Assembly: GCF_009914755.1 (NCBI RefSeq)
Contig: NC_060929.1
DNA length: 64,000 nucleotides
Reading direction: 5' to 3' (one strand)
From: the human T2T-CHM13v2.0 reference genome, Homo sapiens
Shown here: one piece after another, positions 11,831-23,800 of the stretch
How the letters are laid out: every line of letters starts with the position of its first letter
Position numbering within the stretch: position 1 is the stretch's first letter
Translations under genes and position numbers: made by a program
Notes under the pieces: generated by a model
What the model was told of the DNA's origin: nothing
The model's input: only the letters and a program-made list of their open reading frames with translations
Databases searched by the model: none

Positions 11831-14800
11831 TCACAGAGTTGAACGATCCTTTTCACAGAGCAGACTTGAAACACTGTTTTTGTGGAATTTGCAAGTGGAG
11901 ATTTCAGCCGCGTTGAGGTCAATGGTAGAAAAGGAAATATCTTCGTATAAAAACTAGACAGAATGATTCTCAGAAACTCCTTTGAGATGTGTGTGTTCTA
12001 CTCACAGAGTTTAACCTTTCTTTTCATAGAGCAGTTAGGAATCACTCTGTTTGTAAAGTCTGCAAGTGGATATTCTGACCTCTTTGAGGCCTTCGTTGGA
12101 AACGGGTTTTTTTCATATAAGGCTAGACAGAAGAATTCCCGGTAACTTCCTTGTGTTGTGTGTGTTCAACTCACAGAGTTGAACTTTCATTTACACAGAG
12201 CAGATTTGAAACACTCTTTTTGTGGAATTTGCAAATGGAGATTTCAAGCGCTTTGAGGCCAAAGGCAGAAAAGGAAATATCTTCGTATAAAAACTAGACA
12301 GAATCATTCTCAGAAACTGCTCTGCGATGTGTGCGTTCAACTCTCAGAGTTTAACTTTTCTTTTCATTCAGCAGTTTGGAAACACTCTGTTTGTAAAGTC
12401 TGCACGTGGATAATTTGACCACTTAGAGGCCTTCGTTGGAAACGAGTTTTTTTCATGTAAGGCTAGACAGAAGAATTCTCAGTAACTTCCTTGTGTTGTG
12501 TGTATTCAACTCACAGAGTTGAACGAACCTTTACACAGAGCAGACTTGTAACACTCTTTTTGTGGAATTTGCAAGTGGAGATTTCAGCCGCTTTGAAGTC
12601 AAAGGTAGAAAAGGAAATATCTTCCTATAAAAACTAGACAGAATGATTCTCAGAAACTCCTTTGTGATGTGTGCGTTCAACTCACAGAGTTTAACCTTTC
12701 TTTTCATAGAGCAGTTAGGAAACACTCTGTTTGTAAAGTCTGCAAGTGGATATTCAGACCTCTTTGAGGCCTTCGTTGGAAACGGGTTTTTTTCATATAA
12801 GGCTAGACAGAAGAATTCCCAGTAACTTCCTTGTGTTGTGTGTGTTCAACTCACAGAGTTGAACTTTCATTTACACAGAGCAGATTTGAAACACTCTTTT
12901 TGTGGAATTTGCAAGTGGAGATTTCAAGCGCTTTGAGGCCAAAGGCAGAAAAGGAAATATCTTCGTATAAAAACTAGACAGAATCATTCTCAGAAACTGC
13001 TCTGCGATGTGTGCGTTCAACTCTCAGAGTTTAACTTTTCTTTTCATTCAGCAGTTTGGAAACACTCTGTTTGTAAAGTCTGCACGTGGATAATTTGACC
13101 ACTTAGAGGCCTTCGTTGGAAACGGGTTTTTTTCATGTAAGGCTAGACAGAAGAATTCTCAGTAACTTCCTTGTGTTGTGTGTATTCAACTCACAGAGTT
13201 GAACGATCCTTTACACAGAGCAGACTTGTAACACTCTTTTTGTGGAATTTGCAAGCGGAGATTTCAGCCGCTTTGAAGTCAAAGGTAGAAAAGGAAATAT
13301 CTTCCTATAAAAACTAGACAGAATGATTCTCAGAAACTCCTTTGTGATGTGTGCGTTCAACTCACAGAGTTTAACCTTTCTTTTCATAGAGCAGTTAGGA
13401 AACACTCTGCTTGTAAAGTCTGCAAGTGGATATTCAGCCCTCTTTGAGGCCTTCGTTGGAAACGGGTTTTTTTACTGTAAGGCTAGACAGAAGAATTCCC
13501 AGTAACTTCCTTGTGTTGTGTACATTCAACTCACAGAGTTGAACGTTCCCTTAGACAGAGCAGATTTGAAACACTCTTTTTGTGCAATTGGCAAGTGGAG
13601 ATTTCAAGCGCTTTGAGGTCAATGGCAGAAAAGGAAATATCTTCGTTTCAAAACTAGACAGAATCACTCCCACAAACTGCGTTGTGATGTGTTCGTTCAA
13701 CTCACAGAGTTTAACCTTTCTTTTCATAGAGCAGTTAGGAAACAGTCTGTTTGAAAATTCTGTAAGTGGATATTCTGACATCTTGTGGCCTTCGTTGGAA
13801 ACGGGATTTCTTCATATTCTGCTAGACAGAAGAATTCTCAGAATCTTCCTTGTGTTGTGTGTATTCAACTCACAGAGTTGAACGATGGTTTACACAGAGC
13901 AGATTTGAAACACTCATTTGGTGGAATTTGCAAGTGGAGATTTCAGCCGCTTTGAGGTCAATGGTAGAAAAGGAAATATCTTCGTATAACAACTAGACAG
14001 AATGATTCTCAGAAACTTCTTTGTGATGTGTGCGTTCAACTCACAGAGTTTAACCTTTCGTTTCATAGAGCAGTTAGGAAACACTGTGTTTTTAAACTCT
14101 GCAAGTGGATATTCAGACCTCTTTGAGGCCTTCGTTGGAAACGGGTTTCTTCATACCGTGCTAGACAGAACAATTCTCAGTAACTTCCTTGTGTTGTGTG
14201 TATTCAACTCACAGAGTTGAACGATCCTTTACACAGAGCAGACTTGAAACACTCTTTTTGTGGAATTTGCAAGTGGAGATTTCAGCCGCGTTGAGGTCAA
14301 TGGTAGAAAAGGAAATATCTTCGTATAAAAACTAGACAGAATGATTCTCAGAAACTCCTTTGTGATGTGTGTGTTCAACTCACAGAGTTTAACCTTTCTT
14401 TTCATAGAGCAGTTAGGAAACACTCTGTTTGTAAAGTCTGCAAGTGGATATTCAGCCCTCTTTGAGGCCTTCGTTGGAAACGGGTTTTTTTCATATAAGG
14501 CTAGACAGAAGAATTCCCAGTAACTTCCTTGTGTTGTGTGTGTTCAACTCACAGAGTTGAACTTTCATTTACACAGAGCAGATTTGAAACACTCTTTTTG
14601 TGGAATTTGCAAGAGGAGATTTCAAGCGCTTTGAGGCCAAAGGCAGAAAAGGAAATATCTTCGTATAAAAACTAGACAGAATCATTCTCAGAAACTTCTC
14701 TGCGATGTGTGCGTTCAACTCTCAGAGTTTAACTTTTCTTTTCATTCAGCAGTTTGGAAACACTCTGTTTGTAAAGTCTGCACGTGGATATTTTGACCAC

Positions 14801-17800
14801 TTAGAGGCATTCGTTGGAAACGGGATTTTTCCTGTAAGGCTAGACAGAAGAATTCCCAGTAACTTCCTTGCGTTGTGTACATTCAACTCACAGAGTTGAA
14901 CGTTCCCTTAGACAGAGCAGATTTGAAACACTCTTTTTGTTCAATTGGCAAGTGGAGATTTCAAGCGCTTTAAGGTCAATGGCAGAAAAGGAAATATCTT
15001 CGTTTCAAAACTAGACAGAATCATTCCCACAAACTGCGTTGTGATGTGTTCGTTCATCTCACAGAGTTTAACCTTTCTTTTCATAGAGCAGTTAGGAAAC
15101 AGTCTGTTTGTAAATTCTGTAAGTGGATATTCCGACATCTTGTGGCCTTCGTTGGAAACGGGATTTCTTCATATTCTGCTAGACAGAAGAATTCTCAGAA
15201 TCTTCCTTGTGTTGTGTGTATTCAACTCACAGAGTTGAACGATGGTTTACACAGAGCAGATTTGAAACACTCTTTTTGTGGAATTTGCAAGTGGAGATTT
15301 CAGCCGCTTTGAGGTCAATGGTAGAAAAGTAAATATCTTCATATAAAAACTAGACAGAATGATTCTCAGAAACTTCTTTGTGATGTGTGCGTTCAACTCA
15401 CAGAGTTTAACCTTTCTTTTCATAGAGCAGTTAGGAAACACTCTGTTTGTAAACTCTGCAAGTGGATATTCAGACCTCTTTGAGGCCTTCGTTGGAAACG
15501 GGATTTCTTCATACTGTGCTAGACAGAAGAATTCTCAGTAACTTCCTTGTGTTGCGTGTATTCAACTCACAGAGTTGAACGATCCTTTACACAGAGCGGG
15601 CTTGAAACACTCTTTTTGTGGAATTTGCAAGTGGAGATTTCAGCCGCGTTGAGGTCAATGGTAGAAAAGGAAATATCTTCGTATAAAAACTAGACAGAAT
15701 GATTCTCAGAAACTCCTTTGTGATGTGTGTGTTCAACTCACAGAGTTTAACCTTTCTTTTCATAGAGCAGTTAGGAAACACTCTGTTTGTAAAGTCTGCA
15801 AGTGGTTATTCAGACCTCTTTGAGGCCTTCGTTGGAAACGGGTTTTTGTCATATAAGGCTAGACAGAAGAATTCCCAGTAACTTCCTTGTGTTGTGTGTG
15901 TTCAACTCACAGAGTTGAACTTTGATTTACAGAGCAGATTTGAAACACTCTTTTTGTGGAATTTGCAAGTGGAGATTTCAAGCGCTGTGAGGCCAAAGGC
16001 AGAAAAGGATATATCTTCGTATAAAAACTAGACAGAATCATTCTCAGAAACTGCTCTGCAATGTGTGCGTTCAACTCTCAGAGTTTAACTTTTCTTTTCA
16101 TTCAGCAGTTTGGAAACACTCTGTTTCTAAAGTCTGCACGTGGATATTTTGACCACTTAGAGGCCTTCGTTGGAAACGGGTTTTTTTCCTGTAAGGCTAG
16201 ACAGAAGAATTCCCAGTAACTTCCTTGTGTTGTGTACATTCAACTCACAGAGTTGAACGTTCCCTTAGACAGAGCAGATTTGAAACACTCTTTTTGTGCA
16301 ATTGGCAAGCGGAGATTTCAAGCGCTTTAAGGTCAATGGCAGAAAAGGAAATATCTTCGTTTCAAAACTAGACAGAATCATTCCCACAAACTGCGTTGTG
16401 ATGTGTTCGTTCAACTCACAGAGTTTAACCTTTCTTTTCATAGAGCAGTTAGGAAACAGTCTGTTTTTAAATTCTGTAAGTGGATATTCTGACATCTTGT
16501 GGCCTTCGTTGGAAACGGGATTTCTTCATATTCTGCTAGACAGAAGAATTCTCAGTAACTTCCTTGTGTTGTGTGTATTCAACTCACAGAGTTGAACGAT
16601 GGTTTACACAGAGCAGATTTGAAACACTCTTTTTGTGGAATTTGCAAGTGGAGATTTCAGCCTCTTTGAGGTCAATGGTAGAAAAGGAAATATCTTCGTA
16701 TAAAAACTAGACAGAATGATTCTCAGAAACTTCTTGGTGATGTGTGCGTTCAACTCACAGAGTTTAACCTTTCTTTTCATAGAGCAGTTAGGAAACACTC
16801 TGTTTGTAAACTCTGCAAGTGGATATTCAGACCTCCTTGAGGCCTTCGATGGAAACGGGATTTCTTCATACTCTGCTAGACAGAAGAATTCTCAGTAACT
16901 TCCTTGTGTTGTGTGTATTCAACTCACAGAGTTGCACGATCCTTTACACAGAGCAGACTTGAAACACTCTTTTTGTGGAATTTGCAAGTGGAGATTTCAG
17001 CCGCGTTGAGGTCAATGGTAGAAGAGGAAATATCTTCGTATAAAAACTAGACAGAATGATTCTCAGAAACTCCTTTGTGATGTGTGTGTTCAACTCACAG
17101 AGTTTAACCTTTCTTTTCATAGAGCAGTTAGGAATCACTCTGTTTGTAAAGTCTGCAAGTGGATATTCAGACCTCTTTGAGGCCTTCGTTGGAAACGGGT
17201 TTTTTTCATATAAGGCTAGACAGAAGAATTCCCAGTAACTTCCTTGTGTTGTGTGTGTTGAACTCACAGAGTTGAACTTTCATTTAGACAGAGCAGATTT
17301 GAAACACTCTTTTTGTGGAATTTGCAAATGGAGAATTCATGCACTTTGAGGCCAAAGGCAGAAAAGGAAATATCTTCGTATAAAAACTAGACAGAATCAT
17401 TCTCAGAAACTGCTCTGCGATGTGTGCGTTCAACTCTCAGAGTTTAACTTTTCTTTTCATTCAGCAGTTTGGAAACACTCTGTTTGTAAAGTCTGCACGT
17501 GGATAATTTGACCACGTAGAGGCCTTCGATGGAAACGGGTTTTTTTCATGTAAGGCTAGACAGAAGAATTCTCATTAACTTCCTTGTGTTGTGTGTATTC
17601 AACTCACACAGTTGAACGATCCTTTACACAGAGCAGACTTGTAACACTCTTTTTGTGGAATTTGCAAGTGGAGATTTCAGCCGCTTTGAAGTCAAAGGTA
17701 GAAAAGGAAATATCTTCCTATAAAAACTAGACAGAATGATTCTCAGAAACTCCTTTGTGATGTGTGCGTTCAACTCACAGAGTTTAACCTTTCTTTTCAT

Positions 17801-20800
17801 AGAGCAGTTAGGAAACACTCTGTTTGTAAAGTCTGCAAGTGGATATTCAGACCTCTTTGAGGCCTTCGTTGGAAACGGGTTTTTTTCATATAAGGCTAGA
17901 CAGAAGAATTCCCAGTAACTTCCTTGTGTTGTGTGTGTTCAACTCACAGAGTTGAACTTTCATTTACACAGAGCAGATTTGAAACACTCTTTTTGTGGAA
18001 TTTGCAAGAGGAGATTTCAAGCGCTTTGAGGCCAAAGACAGAAAAGGAAATATCTTCGTATAAAAACTAGACAGAATCATTCTCAGAAACTGCTCTGCGA
18101 TGTGTGCGTTCAACTCTCAGAGTTTAACTTTTCTTTTCATTCAGCAGTTTGGAAACACTCTGTTTGTAAAGTCTGCACGTGGATAATTTGACCACTTAGA
18201 GGCCTTCGTTGGAAACGGGTTTTTTTCATGTAAGGCTAGACAGAAGAATTCTCAGTAACTTCCTTGTGTTGTGTGTATTCAACTCACACAGTTGAACGAT
18301 CCTTTACACAGAGCAGACTTGTAACACTCTTTTTGTGGAATTTGCAAGTGGAGATTTCAGCCGCTTTGAAGTCAAAGGTAGAAAAGGAAATATCTTCCTA
18401 TAAAAACTAGACAGAATGATTCTCAGAAACTCCTTTGTGATGTGTGCGTTCAACTCACAGAGTTTAACCTTTCTTTTCATAGAGCAGTTAGGAAACACTC
18501 TGCTTGTAAAGTCTGCAAGTGGATATTCAGCCCTCTTTGAGGCCTTCGTTGGAAACGGGTTTTTTTCATATAAGGCTAGACAGAAGAATTCCCAGTAACT
18601 TCCTTGTGTTGTGTGTGTTCAACTCACAGAGTTGAACTTTCATTTACACAGAGCAGATTTGAAACACTCTTTTTGTGGAATTTGCAAGTGGAGATTTCAA
18701 GCGCTTTAAGGCCAAAGGCAGAAAAGGAAATATCTTCGTATAAAAACTAGACAGAATCATTCTCAGAAACTGCTCTGCGATGTGTGCGTTCAACTCTCAG
18801 AGTTTAACTTTGCTTTTCATTCAGCAGTTTGGAAACACTCTGTTTGTAAAGTCTGCACGTGGATATTTTGACCACTTAGAGGCCTTCGTTGGAAACGGGT
18901 TTTTTTCCTGTAAGGCTAGACAGAAGAATTCCCAGTAACTTCCTTGTGTTGTGTACATTCAACTCACAGAGTTGAACGTTCCCTTAGACAGAGCAGATTT
19001 GAAACACTCTTTTTGTGCAATTGGCAAGTGGAGATTTCAAGCGCTTTGAGGTCAATGGCAGAAAAGGAAATATCTTCGTTTCAAAACTAGACAGAATCAT
19101 TCCCACAAACTGCGTTGTGATGTGTTCGTTCAACTCACAGAGTTTAACCTTTCTTTTCATAGAGCAGTTAGGAAACAGTCTGTTTGAAAATTCTGTAAGT
19201 GGATATTCTGACATCTTGTGGCCTTCGTTGGAAACGGGATTTCTTCATATTCTGCTAGACAGAAGAATTCTCAGAATCTTCCTTGTGTTGTGTGTATTCA
19301 ACTCACAGAGTTGAACGATGGTTTACACAGAGCAGATTTGAAACACTCATTTGGTGGAATTTGCAAGTGGAGATTTCAGCCGCTTTGAGGTCAATGGTAG
19401 AAAAGGAAATATCTTCGTATAACAACTAGACAGAATGATTCTCAGAAACTTCTTTGTGATGTGTGTGTTCAACTCACAGAGTTTAACCTTTCTTTTCATA
19501 GAGCAGTTAGGAAACACTGTGTTTTTAAACTCTGCAAGTGGATATTCAGACCTCTTTGAGGCCTTCGTTGGAAACGGGTTTCTTCATACTGTGCTAGACA
19601 GAAGAATTCTCAGTAACTTCCTTGTGTTGTGTGTATTCAACTCACAGAGTTGAACGATCCTTTACACAGAGCAGACTTGAAACAATCTTTTTGTGGAATT
19701 TGCAAGTGGAGATTTCAGCCGCGTTGAGGTCAATGGTAGAAAAGGAAATATCTTCTTATAAAAACTAGACAGAATGATTCTCAGAAACTCCTTTGTGATG
19801 TGTGTGTTCAACTCACAGAGTTTAACATTTCTTTTCATAGAGCAGTTAGGAAACACTCTGTTTGTAAAGTCTGCAAGTGGATATTCAGACCTCTTTGAGG
19901 CCTTCGTTGGAAACGGGTTTTTTTCATATAAGGCTAGACAGAAGAATTCCCAGTAACTTCCTTGTGTTGTGTGTGTTCAACTCACAGAGTTGAACTTTCA
20001 TTTACACAGAGCAGATTTGAAACACTCTTTTTGTGGAATTTGCAGGTGGAGATTTCAAGCGCTTTGAGGCCAAAGGCAGAAAAGGAAATATCTTCGTATA
20101 AAAACTAGACAGAATCATTCTCAGAAACTGCTCTGCGATGTGTGCGTTCAACTCTCAGAGTTTAACTTTTCTTTTCATTCAGCAGTTTGGAAACACTCTG
20201 TTTGTAAAGTCTGCACGTGGATAATTTGACCACTTAGAGGCCTTCGTTGGAAACGGGTTTTTTTCATGTAAGGCTAGACAGAAGAATTCTCAGTAACTTC
20301 CTTGTGTTGTGTGTATTCAACTCACAGAGTTGAACGATCCTTTACACAGAGCAGACTTGTAACACTCTTTTTGTGGAATTTGCAAGTGGAGATTTCAGCC
20401 GCTTTGAAGTCAAAGGTAGAAAAGGAAATATCTTCCTATAAAAACTAGACAGAATGATTCTCAGAAACTCCTTTGTGATGTGTACGTTCAACTCACAGAG
20501 TTTAACCTTTCTTTTCATAGAGCAGTTAGGAAACACTCTGTTTGTAAAGTCTGCAAGTGGATATTGAGACCTCTTTGAGGCCTTCGTTGGAAACGGGTTT
20601 TTTTCATATAAGGCTAGACAGAAGGATTCCCAGTAACTTCCTTGTGTTGTGTGTGTTTAACTCACAGAGTTGAACTTTCATTTACAAAGAGCAGATTTGA
20701 AACACTCTTTTTGTGGAATTTGCAAGTGGAGATTTCAAGCGCTTTGAGGCCAAAGGCAGAAAAGGAAATATCTTCGTATAAAAACTAGACAGAATCATTC

Positions 20801-23800
20801 TCAGAAACTGCTCTGCGATGTGTGCGTTCAACTCTCAGAGTTTAACTTTTCTTTTCATTCAGCAGTTTGGAAACACTCTGTTTGTAAAGTCTGCACGTGG
20901 ATAATTTGACCACTTAGAGGCCTTCGTTGGAAACGGGTTTTTTTCATGTAAGGCTAGACAGAAGAATTCTCAGTAACTTCCTTGTGTTGTGTGTATTCAA
21001 CTCACACAGTTGAACGATCCTTTACACAAAGCAGACTTGTAACACTCTTTTTGTGGAATTTGCAAGTGGAGATTTCAGCCGCTTTGAAGTCAAAGGTAGA
21101 AAAGGAAATATCTTCCTATAAAAACTAGACAGAATGATTCTCAGAAACTCCTTTGTGATGTGTGCATTCAACTCACAGAGTTTAACCTTTCTTTTCATAG
21201 AGCAGTTAGGAAACACTCTGCTTGTAAAGTCTGCAAGTGGATATTCAGCCCTCTTTGAGGCCTTCGTTGGAAACGGGTTTTTTTCATATAAGGCTAGACA
21301 GAAGAATTCCCAGTAACTTCCTTGTGTTGTGTGTGTTCAACTCACAGAGTTGAACTTTCGTTTACACAGAGCAGATTTGAAACACTCTTTTTGTGGAATT
21401 TGCAAGTGGAGATTTCAAGCGCTTTGAGGCCAAAGGCAGAAAAGGAAATATCTTCGTATAAAAACTAGACAGAATCATTCTCAGAAACTGCTCTGCGATG
21501 TGTGCGTTCAACTCTCAGAGTTTAACTTTTCTTTTCATTCAGCAGTTTGGAAACACTCTGTTTGTAAAGTCTGCACGTGGATATTTTGACCACTTAGAGG
21601 CCTTCGTTGGAAACGGGTTTTTTTCCTGTAAGGCTAGACAGAAGAATTCCCAGTAACTTCCTTGTGTTGTGTACATTCAACTCACAGAGTTGAACGTTCC
21701 CTTAGACAGAGCAGATTTGAAACACTCTTTTTGTGCAATTGGCAAGTGGAGATTTCAAGCGCTTTAAGGTCAATGGCAGAAAAGGAAATATCTTCGTTTC
21801 AAAACTAGACAGAATCATTCCCACAAACTGCGTTGTGATGTGTTCGTTCATCTCACAGAGTTTAACCTTTCTTTTCATAGAGCAGTTAGGAAACAGTCTG
21901 TTTGTAAATTCTGTAAGAGGATATTCTGACATCTTGTGGCCTTCGTTGGAAACGGGATTTCTTCATATTCTGCTAGACAGAAGAATTCTCAGAATCTTCC
22001 TTGTGTTGTGTGTATTCAACTCACAGAGTTGAAGGATGGTTTACACAGAGCAGATTTGAAACACTCTTTTTGTGGAATTTGCAAGTGGAGATTTCAGCCG
22101 CTTTGAGGTCAATGGTAGAAAAGGAAATATCTTCGTATAAAAACTAGACAGAATGATTCTCAGAAACTCCTTTGTGATGTGTGCGTTCAACTCACAGAGT
22201 TTAACCTTTCTTTTCATAGAGCAGTTAGGAAACACTCTGTTTCTAAAGTCTGCAAGTGGATATTCAGACCTCTTTGAGGCCTTCGTTGGAAACGGGTTTT
22301 TTTCATATAAGGCTAGACAGAAGAATTCCCAGTAACTTCCTTGTGTTGTGTGTGTTCAACTCACAGAGTTGAACTTTCATTTACACAGAGCAGATTTGAA
22401 ACACTCTTTTTGTGGAATTTGCAGGTGGAGATTTCAAGCGCTTTGAGGCCAAAGGCAGAAAAGGAAATATCTTCGTATAAAAACTAGACAGAATCATTCT
22501 CAGAAACTGCTCTGCGATGTGTGCGTTCAACTCTCAGAGTTTAACTTTTCTTTTCATTCAGCAGTTTGGAAACACTCTGTTTGTAAAGTCTGCACGTGGA
22601 TAATTTGACCACTTAGAGGCCTTCGTTGGAAAGGGGTTTTTTTCATGTAAGGCTAGACAGAAGAATTCTCAGTAACTTCCTTGTGTTGTGTGTATTCAAC
22701 TCACAGAGTTGACCGATCCTTTACACAGAGCAGACTTGTAACACTCTTTTTGTGGAATTTGCAAGTGGAGATTTCAGCCGCTTTGAAGTCAAAGGTAGAA
22801 AAGGAAATATCTTCCTATAAAAACTAGACAGAATGATTCTCAGAAACTCCTTTGTGATGTGTGCGTTCAACTCACAGAGTTTAACCTTTCTTTTCATAGA
22901 GCAGTTAGGAAACACTCTGCTTGTAAAGTCTGCAAGTGGATATTCAGCCCTCTTTGAGGCCTTCGTTGGAAACGGGTTTTTTTCATATAAGGCTAGACAG
23001 AAGAATTCCCAGTAACTTCCTTGTGTTGTGTGTGTTCAACTCACAGAGTTGAACTTTGATTTACACAGAGCAGATTTGAAACACTCTTTTTGTGGAATTT
23101 GCAAGTGGAGATTTCAAGCGCTTTGAGGCCAAAGGCAGAAAAGGAAATATCTTCGTATAAAAACTAGACAGAATCATTCTCAGAAACTGCTCTGCGATGT
23201 GTGCGTTCAACTCTCAGAGTTTAACTTTTCTTATCATTCAGCAGTTTGGAAACACTCTGTTTGTAAAGTCTGCACGTGGATAATTTGACCACTTAGAGGC
23301 CTTCCTTGGAAACGGGTTTTTTTCATGTAAGGCTAGACAGAAGAATTCTCAGTAACTTCCTTGTGTTGTGTGTATTCAACTCACAGAGTTGAACGATCCT
23401 TTACACAGAGCAGACTTGTAACACTCTTTTTGTGGAATTTGCAAGTGGAGATTTCAGCCGCTTTGAAGTCAAAGGTAGAAAAGGAAATATCTTCCTATAA
23501 AAACTAGACAGAATGATTCTCAGAAACTCCTTTGTGATGTGTACGTTCAACTCACAGAGTTTAACCTTTCTTTTCATAGAGCAGTTAGGAAACACTCTGT
23601 TTGTAAAGTCTGCAAGTGGATATTGAGACCTCTTTGAGGCCTTCGTTGGAAACGGGTTTTTTTCATATAAGGCTAGACAGAAGGATTCCCAGTAACTTCC
23701 TTGTGTTGTGTGTGTTCAACTCACAGAGTTGAACTTTCATTTACAAAGAGCAGATTTGAAACACTCTTTTTGTGGAATTTACAAGTGGAGATTTCAAGCG

